Shown here: piece after piece, positions 1 to 12,899 of the stretch | Layout: each line of letters starts with the position of its first letter | Numbering within the stretch: the stretch's first letter is position 1 | Notes under the pieces: model-generated | The model's database searches: none | Seen by the model: only the letters and a program-made list of their open reading frames with translations | Told to the model about the DNA's origin: nothing | Made by a program: the position numbers and the translations under genes | NCBI GenBank assembly: GCA_965603825.1 | Contig: CBFDEM010000029.1 | Location: 62,001 to 126,000, forward strand | Length of the DNA stretch: 64,000 bases | Reading direction: 5' to 3' | Source of the DNA: Blepharisma stoltei ATCC 30299 | Lineage: Eukaryota > Protista > Ciliophora

Positions 1-846
1 ATTTCCAAAATTTTCATTAGGTGTAGGAATTGTAAGTCACACGAGTTTCGAAATTTTAATGCATAGAAATGCCCCTTTAGATGATAGTTTAGGGCTTGGA
101 GAAGGGGTAGATGATAAAACTTTTACTGATTACATTTTATGATTGAATTAAGCCCACTTTCTCAGCCTGAGCTTAAGGCATCTTCACTGGATACTAAAAC
201 TGATATTTATCAATTTTGGATCAAAGACTCAAAAAGTTTTGAGACTGATAAGGACATGAAAAATGCATACAATTTTAATGAAAATTGAAAGTACATATCA
301 AAGTACGAATTCGGATTTAATTATTCTCATATATATTTGTCTAGTGCAGTAATCAAAGAAAATCAGCTATTTTTACGATTTTGAAATTTTAAAAATACTT
401 ATTCAGGGATTTCTTCTGAAAATTTCAGTATTGGCAGAAGAATGTTATTAGATGGATATAGCAAAGCAGTTATATCAGTTCCCTGGGAAGAAAACGGAAA
501 AAAAATTGATTTCAAGAATAAAAGCCAAACTGGAATGCCGTTAATTGATCAGGATTCGTCTTATAAAGATGACTTTCAAGGTGATCAAGTCCTCAAACCT
601 TGCGAGTTAGCAACTTTTCCTGCGAAAAGACTTCGCAAACATATATGAGGCTTTGAAAGAGAGAATAAAGATCCATTTTTCTTACAAAATAGCGAAGAAG
701 GTTTAATAAGAGAGAATGAATCAGATGAAAACTCAAATATTTTTGTTTTGATTATCATAAGTCTCATCTTTTTAGGAGCTGCGACTATTATTTATATGAA
801 GCTTAAAGCTAAAGCACATAAGAATAAGAATAAAGATTCAAAATAG
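1..846 (+). CDS. 3' part of a GH38 alpha-mannosidase-like gene with a C-terminal TM anchor (5'-partial; apparent frameshift near 120-140)
   Basis: Frame 2 (2-150) reads SLGVGIVSHTSFEILMHRNAPLDDSLGLGEGVDD, resembling the GH38 C-terminal motif (LEIMLDRRL..DD.RGLGQG). Frame 1 from ~121 is open to TAG 846 when TGA=Trp and contains LFLRFWN, LKPCELATF (cf. L.PMEIRTF) and a hydrophobic stretch IFVLIIISLIFLGAATIIYM. Confidence 0.6.
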
Positions 847-1043
847 AGCGATTAGATTTCGATATCAGTGGTTATAGAATAATTAAGGATTTTATTTTTT
901 AACATAAATAATTAACTATACCAGTATTAGCCAGTTGCTTTAAACAAAGTCAAAAAGAGAGTCAATTATAACTATTAATTATATGCTGAGCCAATTTAAT
1001 AAGGAAGGCTAAATACAAATTTGTATAATAATAAAAGCACATA

Positions 1044-1625
1044 TTACGGAGAGCTAAATGAATGCATACCACTTTCCTCAGTTTCAGGAGGAACAAAAAC
1101 GATATTAGGAGGCTTCAGAGTTTCTCCTCTTCTCTTTACCCTTGGCTTTTTAACTTCAGGGACTTCAGAATTCGGCTTCTTTGGCGATAAAAAAGGATCT
1201 GACTTGCATAAAGGACAACGAGGCTCTGGCTGTCGCTTAAACCATTCATCTATACAGCTATCATGAAAAACATGGCCGCATAGAAGCTTTCTTGCATATG
1301 AGTTTGAATTGAATCTAAATTAATTTTACTCTTCAAAGCAAATGCAGCATGCAACTTCATTTTTTACACTAAGATCATTTCCGAATTGAAACCTTGGGAA
1401 AAATGATTCTAAGTCAATTTCATGAACTGATATATGTTCAGGGACTACAGCATACATATGGTTACTTATAATTCCTAATAATAGTCTTCTAAATAATCTG
1501 ACTTCCCTTTGGGTATCGCTTTTTACTTTGCAACAAAAACATAAACAGCAGCCCATGCAGCATACGCACAAAAGTGCCAATATAGTAATAGTAGCGAGCT
1601 TTCCATCATCGTCATCATCAGACAT
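1044..1625 (-). CDS. Single-TM RING-H2 E3 ligase (ATL-like), ~188 aa, 1 intron
   Basis: Removing the 15-nt intron 1315-1329 joins CCICFEE to FNSNSYARKLLCGHVFHDSCIDEWFKRQPEPRCPLCK (C3H2C3 RING). N-terminal hydrophobic/Cys-rich segment; TAA at 1044-1046. Confidence 0.85.
1315..1329 (-). other. 15-nt spliceosomal intron GTAAAATTAATTTAG
   Basis: GT-AG, A at position 10; removal restores the RING-H2 motif and removes an in-frame TAA. Confidence 0.9.
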
Positions 1626-2284
1626 TTATTAAATGAATAATATTTAGATTTAAAACTTAAAATATAAACTGTCATAATTGAAGAACAGTTTTTGGATATT
1701 CTCTTTCATTTTTTTTATTCTTCAGAACAGAATTCATTATAGGAAGATAAAATGAAGCCTTAATGGATAAATTGCTCTATAATATATTATAAGAGACCTT
1801 GCATAAATTCTGAAAAGTAAAATAATGAAAAATATTAATTCCCTTTTTATATTTGGACCACTGGAATATATAAAATTGAAAGAAGTATTGTATAGTGCAA
1901 ATAAATCTATAATCATCAATAAATTAAAACTAGTCCACATATGTAAAGCTAATGCATTGAGAATGAAAACTAAAATATGAATTCTAATGAAAAAAATTAC
2001 TATGTAAATATAAGATTTTTAGCAATTAAGTGAAGAAACTTAATACTTAAGTCAGTAAATAAAAGAAAACCAGATTGCCAAATGCATCTATAAATCAATT
2101 ACGCATTATAAAGATCATAGATTGCTAATTAAATTTCGGATAAGAAAATGAAATTAGTGTATGGAATGATATAACTCATATACTTATTAATGCTGATAAA
2201 TCATTATGTAATTGGCTAATATAATAATTATATGCAGCTGCTACTTGCCTTATTGCTTTATATCAGAATCTTAGATTAACAAGT

Positions 2285-5200
2285 TTAATTATTTTTATTT
2301 TTTTGAGAATATTTATAAAGCTCTTGCTCTAAAATAACATTTTTTTCTTTCTCAGCTTCCAGCTCAGTCCTAAGATCTTCATTTTCTATTGCATAATTAT
2401 TTGCCTTTTCTTGAAGTTCATCAAATTGATCAGCTATTTCATCTAGCCTTTGCTTAAGAAATTCTTCATATTTCTCTTCAATTTTTTTTAGATTCTCTTT
2501 ATACACTTTATTTGGTTCTTCTCTTTCTTTCTAAATAAAAATTACTTCCAATTCTGTACATATTTTTGCTAGATTTTCAGCTTGCTGCTGATAATGCTTG
2601 ACTTTTTCATCTTTTCCGTGAAGCTCTCTTAAAGTGTCAATTTCTAACTCTAAATCATTTTTCTCACGGATAATTTGATCTAACTGCTCAGACAATATTT
2701 GAATTTGCATAGACGTTTCTTCTTGGCTTGTGTCTTGTTTATTTTTTTCATTTTTTATCAGTTCTTCATGCTCTTCCAAAAGCTGATCATATCTATATTG
2801 CAAATCTTCCAGCTGTGCTTCCAAGTTTTCAAATTGAACTTTAGCATCTTCAGCATTAAATTCTGTGCCCTGCCTTTGTTTTAAGTCCTCTATAATAAGT
2901 TTATATTTCTCCTCATTGTCAAGCAAGATATCAATATCATCAGTTAATAAGTTTACTTTTTGCTTTAATTTTTCATTTTCTTCGTTTTCATTCATTTTTT
3001 TGCCCAAAATTGAAACACTTTCATTTGCCTCCATTTTAAGCTTTCCTCCTTTGAAAAGCCCTTTATTTCCAATCGACTGTAAATCTCTCTCCAATATTTC
3101 TATCCTCTTATTTTTTTCTTCCATTTCTGTATATAATGAATTATAAAGCGCTTCAAATTGATCTGCTCTTTGTTTGGCTTTATTTACCTCAACATTTTGT
3201 GATCCAAATTCTCTTTGCATGTCCTTTATAATTTTTTCTTTTTTGGCTGCTTCATTTTCAAATAAAATTTTGCTTGTCCTTAATGAAGAATTTACAACTT
3301 CAAGCTCGCTACAAGCATTTTTAAGTGCAGTTAATTTTTGCCCTTTATTCTTGCATTTTTCTTGTAAAATTTTTAATTCCTCCTCCAGTTCTGATTTTCT
3401 TAATAAATCTTTTTGAGTTTTTTCTAAATTTTGCCGCAAATTAGAAATTTGTGAATGCAAATTCGCTATTTCAGTCTCAGAAAATTGCTTTTTGAGCTGC
3501 TCTTTAAGACTAATATTTTCTTTTGTTAAGTCATCTAATTGAATATTAATCTCTGCTAATTTCGTGTTATCAGTATACTCATCTATTATTGAGTTTGAAT
3601 TTTCTTTTTGCTTAAGAGCATCTAATTCAATGTGAAGCTCAAATATTTCTTTTTCTTTGGATTTTAATATTTTTTCATATTCAATTACTTCTTGCAACTG
3701 ATCTGACTGATATTTTTCTAAATCTTCCATTTTTTCGTCTACTTCAAATAATTCTTCTTTAAGCTTATCGATTTCTTTTTCTCTGTCTCACAATTTATAT
3801 TGAGTTGCAGATAAAGTTTCTCGTAAGTTTTCTAAAGTTTTCAGATCATCGACATTTTTATCATATTTCTTTTTTAAATCCAAATAATTCTCCATTAATT
3901 TATCATAGCTTGCCTCGTAGCTTGCTTTTAATTTACTGATTTCTTTTGTAAATGATTCTTTCAATTCTTTTTCATTTCTCTGCATAAGATCGAAATACTC
4001 ATTTTTTAAAGTTTTAATTTTTTCTTCTAATTCAGTAATAAGATTTTCTTGTCCGTTTTCCCATTTCAATTCACTCAATTTTTGTTCAAAAGCTTCTTGC
4101 TGATCTTTAATGGCATTTTGAAGGATTATAATTTGCTGATTTTTTTCATCAACGACATTGTCAAGTGCAATTTGCAACTTAATTTTTTCATCTTCGAAGT
4201 CATTCTAAATATAAACTACTTTAATTTTCTGCGAATCAGTTTTCACTTTGAGCTGCTCCTTTAATACTTCTTCAGTCTTTATCGCTAAGCCGTCGTATAG
4301 CTTGTTTATTTCTTCAACTTCAATTGCTTTCTCAGCAAATCTTTCATTGGACTCTTTCAACTTTTCATTTAATTCGTCAATGTTAATGGAAGCTTTATCC
4401 AACTCTAAGTTTAAAGCTTGGATTTGGCTATTTAGCTGCTTATTTTCCTCTTCCAAAGATTTTATTCTTTTATTGTTGTCTCCAGTAATATTTTTTAATA
4501 TTTCATCTTGCTTTGACTCAAAAACTGTCTTTGGTTTTAATTCTACTTGTGCATCTTTAAGCTTTTTTTCTAAAATTGCAATCATACTTTTTAGGGTTCC
4601 AATCTCATCCTTATTTTCTTCATTAATTTTATACAGGCTTTCATATTCTATATTGAGACTTTCTAAGTCAGCTATCAGCTGCTTATTGTCTTGTTCAAGC
4701 TTCAATTTTTCGTTTTCTAGACCTCCACTACTTTTGATCTTTTTATTTTGTTGTTCTAGATTATGGATTTTTTTTTGATGATTTAAAACTTGTGACTCAT
4801 AGTCTTTTGCTTTTTCTCTTAAAGATGATCGTAATTTATTTGTTTCATCTTCATAGCTTGCAATCTCCTTTAGCCTTTTTGCGCTTTCTGCTTCTAATTT
4901 CTGCTTTAAATCTTCTTTTTCTTTGCTAAGCCTTTGGACTTCTCTTTTTAACGCTTCTTCATTTTTAATAGATTTATTTTTGATATTTTGATCTATTCTT
5001 GATCCAAACCCTTTAACAAAATTAATAATTTTGTTTAGTTCATTTTCTGTTTGCTCAACCTTATACATTATATCACTTATTTGCTGATTCATTTCATTCG
5101 CTGCTGTTTTAATCATTAGCATGCATTCTTCTTTGGTTTCTTTAGCCTTTTCAGTGTTTTCAGCTGGGTTTATATTTTCTTTTAATCTCTCAAATTCACT

Positions 5201-6190
5201 TTCTAAATTTTGATATTCAGAGTTTCTACTTTCTAATTCTCTAGTCATGGTCAATAAGCTTTTACCTAATTCAGATATAATTTTTTCTAAATCATTCGAT
5301 TTTAGCTGATTTTTCTTCCACTCTTCTTCTAATTCCTTTTTTTCCTCACTGCATTTTTTCAACTTGAATTTTAAATCTTCAAATTCGTAAGAGTGCATCA
5401 TATCTTTTTTGCTTTCATATATTTCAATTTTTTGTTTTTGCTGGAAAATTTGTTCATTTTGGTGTTTTATTTCCATATACAGTCTTTTGATATCACTTTC
5501 AGCCTCTGCAAGTGCACTTCGGTAGCTGTTATTTTCATATGTCAATTGTTCAATTCTCGAGGCTACTGACTCTGAGCTATTTCTTCTATGGATGCTTTCA
5601 TACTCTTTTTCTTTATTTTTCAAAGTATCTTGAAGAAGCCCTGACTTTTCTTTTTCTCTTAAATACAATTCTTCAAAATTATTACTTTTATCTACCCTAG
5701 AAATCTGAGGAGAGTTCGATAACGAGCCCGAATTCTTCTCAAATTTTCTTCTGAGAAGCGCAATGTACTCATTCATGTTTTTAACTTCATTTTCATACGA
5801 CTCCGTCATCTTCTTTATTTGTTCTTCCAGATTTTCTATATGTTTTTGATCTTTAATTTTTAACTCATATAGCTCATCTCTTTCTCTTTTAATTTCATCA
5901 AGCTCTCCATTCGTTCTCAGTATTGATGAGCTCTCATTTTGAGTTTCAAAATTTTTCACAAAGGATTTGTGCTGCTCTTCTAGCTTTTTGACTTCTTGAG
6001 TTAGCTCTCATAATTGAACTTCTTTTTGTGGAGATTCTTGAGAGATATTTTTGCTCCGGGTTTTGGGCGGGCGCATGAATGTTAAGCTTGCTGCATAGAT
6101 TGGGTTGGTTTTTATATTGGAATACACAACCTGCCTGGGCTTAGAAAAAGTAGAAAATTTCGAAGCACTTAAAGTTCTAGGTCGAGACAT
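2285..6190 (-). CDS. Large coiled-coil protein (~1290 aa), 2 introns, 2 TGA-Trp
   Basis: Five same-frame ORFs joined by TGA (6008, 3788) and 15-nt introns (4205-4219, 2531-2545). E/K/Q/L-rich heptads throughout. Confidence 0.8.
2531..2545 (-). other. 15-nt intron GTAATTTTTATTTAG
   Basis: GT-AG, A at position 10; its TAG is the apparent ORF stop and the frame continues after it. Confidence 0.85.
4205..4219 (-). other. 15-nt intron GTAGTTTATATTTAG
   Basis: GT-AG, A at position 10; frame continues NDFEDEKIKLQ. Confidence 0.85.
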
Positions 6191-6214
6191 ATTAATGACT
6201 TATTATATAGCATA

Positions 6215-7138
6215 TTAGAAAAATGTCCTTGGCTTGTCAAAAAACTCTTGTGAAAGGCCTAGCCGTCCAAGGAGGCCTTGTGAGGAAGGAGGCTGGATGT
6301 GGTCTTCGTAGCGCTTAACGGCTTTTTGAACAAGGTTCTGAGTTTTTATTACTGATTTGCGTCTTTGCTCGAGAGATTTTATTTTCCCATGAATTAAGTG
6401 GATTTTTGCATCAGTTTCTTCTATAAATATTTCAACTTTACTTTCAATTTTGGAAATTCTCATTGTAAGAGCGTTGATGAACTAATTAAGGATTACCTCA
6501 ATTGCTGTCCTTATCATTATGCTTGAGTCTTCGATCTCATTGTGATATGGACTTTCAGAAGCAAGGTTAAGCTGACTTTCTGTTTCGCTTCTTTTCATTG
6601 TTTGCATGGCATCTTCTTCAACTTTTTCTTCAACAATTATTTCTTCCTGGAAATTTAAATTTTCAGACGGAATTTCAATAGCTTGTTTTTCTGCTAATTT
6701 CTGCTGTAATTCTTCTGATTCTTGGCTCGTCATGCTGCCAACTCTTCTCGGTCTCTGTTGAAATCTCAACAACTCTTTATGCTTTTGTTTCACTAATTTT
6801 ACAATATCAAGCACTATTAAAATCTTTCTTTCAGCATAATTCAAAGATAAAAATTGATCAACTCTTAAAATTGGAACATAGTTAAATTTATTTCTCAGCA
6901 ATTTATAGATAGATTCTAGAAATCCTGCATCATTTTTAGTAGCTAAATCATAGCCCATATCGCTTATGTAATTACTTACAAGATCTGAGTATTCTAAAAA
7001 TAAGAAATGAATGACAGGAAAAATTGCTGCTGGATGTCCTTCAGGTAATTCTCGGGTATCTATTGGAGACCTATACTTTATTTTTGATAACTCTGCTTTT
7101 AGTCTTTCTCTGTTATTATGCAAATTTCCTATTGCCAT
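6215..7138 (-). CDS. CEP44: CEP44-like centrosomal protein, ~302 aa, 1 intron
   Basis: N-terminus MAIGNLHNNRERLKAELSKIKY...GHPAAIFPVIHF...KNDAGFLESIYKLLRNKFNY.P.L...QFLS..YAERK matches the CEP44 domain. Intron 6482-6496 joins the C-terminal coiled coil. Confidence 0.8.
6482..6496 (-). other. 15-nt intron GTAATCCTTAATTAG
   Basis: GT-AG, A at position 10; joins two in-frame ORFs. Confidence 0.85.
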
Positions 7139-7158
7139 TTATTAAATATTTCTTAATA

Positions 7159-8424
7159 TTAATTGTGCATATCCATTTGTCTCTTGATCGCTTCCTTTAA
7201 TCTAATTATATGTGAAGAAGGTCCCAATGAATTTAAAAGTGTAAGCGCCTGTCTATAATTTTCTTTCAATAAATGTGAAGCTATATTTTCATCACTTCTA
7301 CACAGCTTCACCGCCATTTCTAAAATCAGCCTCGTCATTGTTGAGCTTTCCCAATCAGTTTTATTTTTACATCTTTTTGCCTCATCAAAGTTCACCTTAA
7401 AAATGCTTGCACATACTTGGTCTTCTAAATAAGGTTCTAATAAAGTGCAGGCCTTCATATAAAAAAGGAAAGGGTGGGGTGTATCTTTTGCTAAGTTAAA
7501 CAAAACTTCTGAGATATCTAATGCATCTTCTTTGGTTGAGAGCTCAAAATCTTCACTCATACATTGGATTCCATGCAAGTCAATTATAGGCTTGATGCTG
7601 GGTCGTCCTAGTATGAAAGGATGATCGCACATGGTTTCAAAATCCATCCTTTCTTTTGGGTTTATTTTGAAGATTTTACTTAAAAAATCTATGCAAGGCT
7701 CTGAAAAGTACTGAGAACTCAAAAAATCTGGATCATTAAGTCTTGTTTTTATGACAGGCAGCAAATCTCCAAAATTTTTAGCTTCAAAAGGCCGAGCTCC
7801 TCTGATTAATTCATATACAATGCATCCTACACTCCATATATCAGCCCTTTCTGTATATCTCTCGCTTTGGTTTTCTCTCAACTTGATCACTTCAGGAGCC
7901 ATATATAAAGGAGTTCCCACGTAGCTTTTTGCTAAACTATTCGCACTTATTTGCCTTGCAAGTCCAAAGTCAGCCAATTTAATTTTGGCATCAGGAGATT
8001 TATCAGAGAGGAGAATATTTGCAGGCTTTAAGTCCCTATGAATTATATTATTTGCCTGGAGCACTTTGAGAGCGCTAACTATTTGGCGCAAATAAATAAT
8101 TGTGTGTTCTTCACTTAGATCTCTTAATCCAGAGAGATCACCACCGCTGCAGTATTCAAGCACCAAATAATTATAATTTCTTGTTTCCAGGTAATCGTAT
8201 AATTTTACGATATTTTCATGGTCCAAATTTCTCATAATTTGGATCTCTCGGCTTAGTGCTTTCTTTTCTTGAGGTTTTAAAACATTTTGTGCACTAATCA
8301 TTTTAATGGCACGAATTTCGTTTGTATTTAGATCTTTGCCTCGGTAGACAGTCCCAAAAGTACCATTACCAAGCTCTTCTTTCAGCAAGTAATGAGATAC
8401 TTGTTTATAGTTTCGATCGCCCAT
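7159..8424 (-). CDS. ULK/ATG1-family Ser/Thr kinase
   Basis: GNGTFGTV, AIK, LEYCSGGDL, HRDLKPANILL, IKLADFGLAR, GTPLYMAPE. Confidence 0.8.
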   Translation of the reverse strand: MGDRNYKQVSHYLLKEELGNGTFGTVYRGKDLNTNEIRAIKMISAQNVLKPQEKKALSREIQIMRNLDHENIVKLYDYLETRNYNYLVLEYCSGGDLSGLRDLSEEHTIIYLRQIVSALKVLQANNIIHRDLKPANILLSDKSPDAKIKLADFGLARQISANSLAKSYVGTPLYMAPEVIKLRENQSERYTERADIWSVGCIVYELIRGARPFEAKNFGDLLPVIKTRLNDPDFLSSQYFSEPCIDFLSKIFKINPKERMDFETMCDHPFILGRPSIKPIIDLHGIQCMSEDFELSTKEDALDISEVLFNLAKDTPHPFLFYMKACTLLEPYLEDQVCASIFKVNFDEAKRCKNKTDWESSTMTRLILEMAVKLCRSDENIASHLLKENYRQALTLLNSLGPSSHIIRLKEAIKRQMDMHN

Positions 8425-8922
8425 TAAAATATTGGTAAATTTCTTATAAAATGGATCATGAAAATCTGATTCTAATCAGAGAGACCAAGTAAGAATTGTC
8501 TATGAAAGCATAAAAATGGCAAAGAGTTATCGGAAAGCACTTTTTTGGTTCAATTTTTGACGAGGCAGTCAAGAAGAAGCATTTAAAGATGCAAAAAAAT
8601 CATCAAATTTATAAAAATTATGTGAGCTGACATAAGGAATTCGCAAAAAATCTCCATATTGCAATGTAAAGAGAAAAAGAGCCTCAATCGTCTTAATTTT
8701 TTTAAAAATTCCATTATTAAACGAAGAAGGATTACTTGAAGATTAAATTGCTCTACCCAAAAAAATACTTAATGTCTGCCATAAACAATTTTGTGCATAA
8801 AATCACACAACATTTGATATATTTAATCTCTTAACCAATAAATTTCTTATCAATTTATCATGAACAAAAGTTCCCTCAAATCTTAAAAATAAATTCATCC
8901 GCATTTTGCTTGTTTTCAGACA

Positions 8923-9399
8923 ATGGAACAACAAGAAATACAAAATGCTCTAATTAATACAGAAAACAACATAGAGGAAGCTATCCAGCTATTAAGTAAT
9001 CTTTCAATTTCTACATCACAAGACCTTGCCTATCGTTATGCTCAGGAGCTGATAACTAGGTTTGATTCTAATACTTCCCGAGAAGATGCCATTTCAATTA
9101 CGTCACAGATGTTCAATGCATTTTATGAGGAGAAAACAAAGCAAAATTTCTCAATAGGACCAGATGAGACAAATTTAGTCCAGAAACTCGAAGTTTTATT
9201 GCAGGACAATTCGATTTTGAAAAAAGCTGTGGTAAAAATGAAAGAAAAATGTGATCAGGCAGCAAGAATTGAATTGGAAAATCAGCAGCTTAAGGCGGAG
9301 CTTCAGAGAGAAAGAATGACGAACTACGCGCTGAGGGTTCATCTTGAAAATGAAATTGCTAAAGACAAAAATATAGAAAAAGGCCCAGATGTTTATTAA
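8923..9399 (+). CDS. CUE/UBA-like domain plus coiled-coil protein (resembles the plant 'ubiquitin system component Cue' family)
   Basis: MEQQEIQNALINTENNIEEAIQLL is CUE-like. DNSILKKAV and NYALRVHL resemble the family motifs ENSILKRAV and NYAL.MHL. Confidence 0.55.
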   Translation: MEQQEIQNALINTENNIEEAIQLLSNLSISTSQDLAYRYAQELITRFDSNTSREDAISITSQMFNAFYEEKTKQNFSIGPDETNLVQKLEVLLQDNSILKKAVVKMKEKCDQAARIELENQQLKAELQRERMTNYALRVHLENEIAKDKNIEKGPDVY

Positions 9400-9536
9400 C
9401 AGATAAAATTGCATATAAGTGTCTATTGAATTAGTTAATGAATTCACCAGCCATCTAGTCTTTAATATCGCTTTTGTAATTAACTAAATTCGAAACCTTA
9501 GCTTTATAATTAAAATCTTTATCATAATATATCAAG

Positions 9537-11114
9537 TTAATTTAACTTTGCTTTAATAAATTCTTTACTAAAAAATGATATGCTCGGTCTATTTCTTCTT
9601 TTAGGTGAAAGCTGCATTTTCAAAAACGGGTGATTTATAGCTTGTTCTGGTGTCAGCCTTTCTTGCGGATCTCATTTTAAAATTGCTGTCAAAAATTCCA
9701 GCAAAAGTGGATCCTGGTTTCCAATCATTGTTGATAAAGGCCTTGTATTTGGGTATCTGATTTTTCCTCTAGAATTTGGGATTAGCTTAGGATTGCCATC
9801 ATTGTCAAAAAATATTTTTTTTCTTGTCGAAATGTCCATGATTTGTTTAGGAGGGAGCCCTAATACTTCAATAATTCTATATAGCTGTTCTTGTTCGCTT
9901 TCTCCAGGAAACAAAGGATAGCCAGTGTGCAGCTCTGATACAATGCAACCAAAACTCCACATATCGATGCTTGTACCATAAGGAATTCCTAGCATGATTT
10001 CTGGTGCTCTATAAAATCTTGACTGTATATAAGTGTATATTCTTTCACTTTCCAAGCAAGACGAGCCAAAATCAATAATTTTAATCAATGATTTCGTCGA
10101 TGTTTTCAATAAAATATTCTCAGGCTTCAAATCACAATGGATAATCGATAAGGATTTAGAATACTTCAGCCCATTTAAAATTTGTAAAGAAAATCGTTTT
10201 ACAAGATGCAATGATAACCCTTCAAAAGAATTTAGTTTTAAAAATTCATATAGGTTCATAGAAAGCAGCTCAAAACTGAGGCATAAGTGTTTTCTAAATG
10301 TAAAGCTTTCTTTGATTCGGATTACATTGTAATTGTCTTCTGGATCTTTGGCTTTGAGTAAATTTAGGATCTTTATTTCAACTAAACCTTGTTTATGGAA
10401 TCTCTTTTTGTTGCGAATCACTTTTACAGCGACATGCTCATTATTTTTATGGTCCAAGCATTTTAAAACTTGTCCAAATGTCCCTTTTCCAAGTACACTA
10501 ACTATTTCATAACGGAAATCAATATGATCTCCAAGCACAACTTGGAAGTCTCCTTTCTCATTATCATAGCCTCAGTTTAAGTCTCCAATTTTCCCATTGA
10601 TTTTCCCTGTTTTGCTGCCTAAAAAATAAACTTCTTTATAATCTAAAACTTCACTTTGTTCATATTCGGTTAAATTTTCACAAAAATATCTCATAGCATC
10701 TTGCCCAGAAATGGGAAATTTAATTTCTCGCTTGGAAGGAGTTGAAATGGATTTAAATCCAGATCTTCTGGATCGAATCCTGCTGGTATTGATAATATCT
10801 TTTAAAGATGTGGAAATGCTATTAAACGACGTATCAACTGGACGAGCTGTGTATGATTCTTCTAAATTCTTGTAAGAAGGAGTAAACATCGTTGAATCTA
10901 ATTGATTAACTGGGAAGGCTGCAAACTTTGTGCTTAAAGGGTGATTGAAAATGCTCTTAGATTGTTTATGGACGTTAGTTAAATCTAAATACAGCTTTTG
11001 ACGAGGGTTTAGAGGGACTTGCTTATGATAGCTGGATTCTATGCTTGCATGTGATATTTGATGAGTTTTTTTTATGCGTTGAGTGCGAGGAAATGACAAA
11101 TTAATATCGGACAT
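9537..11114 (-). CDS. DYRK2/4-class dual-specificity kinase, ~525 aa, 2 TGA-Trp
   Basis: DH-box N-W(TGA)-GYDNEKGDF, HCDLKPEN, YTYIQSRFYRAPE, and LK-W(TGA)-DPQERLTPEQAINHPF; TAA at 9537. Confidence 0.9.
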
Positions 11115-11323
11115 TCTAATAAATTGAAGTGGACATTTTTAATTCGGAGAAATGAAAAGAAACTTATTTAGAATATCTGATATAAACCAATATATGGCGA
11201 ATTATATCAAGGCACATGAAGAATAGCAAGAAGTGTGCTTTTATAAATAAAAATATTATTACAATAATCTTTAGTTTTAATTTTTTAGAGAAATTTTTTC
11301 AGCAATATAGTTAGAAACTTATA

Positions 11324-12820
11324 CTAATTATCACTATTTAAGTCATAATGGCTGTCTTCAAAAATTCTAAATATCAGAATATAAGCTACCAAAAATCCAT
11401 GAAAAACTGAAATTAGTAATGAAAGCCACTAAATAATTTTTACCTTTGGAGCCCAAATAGCATCGTATGGTGACTGCGTCCCTATAATTTGCCTAGCTGC
11501 TATATGCATAATTGGTATAAATATAGGAATCAAGAAAAATCCCACCAATCTCACATAATCAAGTATGAATGCCTAAATATCATTCACCAAATCATAAAAG
11601 AAAAAGGTAAGCCCAATAGAAAATGTTACAGTTAGCCATCTCAATGATAAATAATCTTGCTTGTCATGCGTTTCTTCATTCCCAGGCCCATAAAACAAAG
11701 AAGTGATTGCATTACTCAAACTTATCGCAGAAATAGGGAAATTTGATGCAATAATCATGCATGGGGAAAGGGCAACTGCATATGCAATTAAATCAGTCCA
11801 CCATGGCTTTCCAGCTTGCTCCATCCCTGCTGAGTAGTTTCTGTAATCTTGAGTAAATAATTTATCCACATCAGGAATTGCTAAAGGCGCAATTAATCCT
11901 AAAGCTAAATAAAATCCAACACTTGCACAAAGAATTAAAAATGGTATCGTCCATAATCTTTTTTTATTCCCTACATGCTCAACAATGCTTGGTAGCTGAA
12001 GTTGATATAAAAATACATAGAAAAAGATTTGGAATCCTTTATATAAGTCCTCCCAATGTGCAAGAGTTGGCATTTCAAATTTATAGTGGTCATTATCAAT
12101 ATTTTTTTCATCCCCAATTAATTCAAGACATGTGATCGCAACAAGCACAATTAATGCCAATTTTAAAAACTGCAAGACCACTTGCCACCATTTTTGCCAC
12201 TTAAACGAAATCATTGAGAGGAAAAACATAGCCTGAGAAAACATTCCCAGGTAAATCCAGTAGTCAACCCTGCACAGGTTCCAATATGAGTTTAGGTTGC
12301 TGATGCTGCAGGCTGATTGCAGCAAAGGCACATATCTTGTGATTGTATCTACAAAGACTTCTGCGTACCATATCAATTCTGCTTGAAAATATGCTATCAT
12401 ACATAGAAGGTAAAGCGTGCCAATAGGTTTTCCAAGTAATACTGAAGCACATTGGTTTAAATCGTAGCGGAGTCCTGTGATCATAGGAGTTTGCATCAGA
12501 GAATCAAGGTGATTTGGCTCTCTTTTACCGAATAGGTTTTCACAAATATTGGGCTTGTCAACTGTGTAGCCTTCGCTCTTTAGTCTATCTATTAAATCTA
12601 CTCTGGCAAGAATTTCGATTACCAATCGGGAGAGATAATAACTGAGCAGACCATTCAGCCCCAGACAAACTATCGATACTATGTAGCCCATTTTCTGGAA
12701 AGCCCAAGGAATGTTTAGGAGGTTTGGGTTAAAAACTGCGTTAATTGAGTAGATGAGAGCAATATAAATTCCATACCCATTCAGCGGTTCTGTTCTATCA
12801 AGACTTCGCTCTTTTACCAT
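11324..12820 (-). CDS. Amino-acid transporter-like multi-pass membrane protein (Aa_trans/TMEM104-like), ~488 aa, 2 introns
   Basis: About 11 hydrophobic segments; LLNIPWAFQKMG and FPISAISLSNAI motifs. Introns 11573-11587 and 11429-11443 extend the ORF by two more TM segments to TAG 11324. Confidence 0.75.
11429..11443 (-). other. 15-nt intron GTAAAAATTATTTAG
   Basis: GT-AG, A at position 10, phase 0. Confidence 0.8.
11573..11587 (-). other. 15-nt intron GTGAATGATATTTAG
   Basis: GT-AG, A at position 10, phase 0. Confidence 0.8.
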
Positions 12821-12899
12821 TTAAAATAGATTGTTTATTAAATTGGTGAATTTTAAAATATTAAATTATAGATCAAGATTCAGTCTTCGATTTTGTTGC

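Noticed and set aside
1737-1940. 67-aa hydrophobic ORF
   Set aside because: Composition is expected from AT-rich intergenic DNA; no motif.
8440-8780. Purine-rich, coding-like stretch between the ULK-like and CUE-like genes
   Set aside because: No frame longer than ~55 codons even with TGA=Trp, no usable intron, and no recognisable family.
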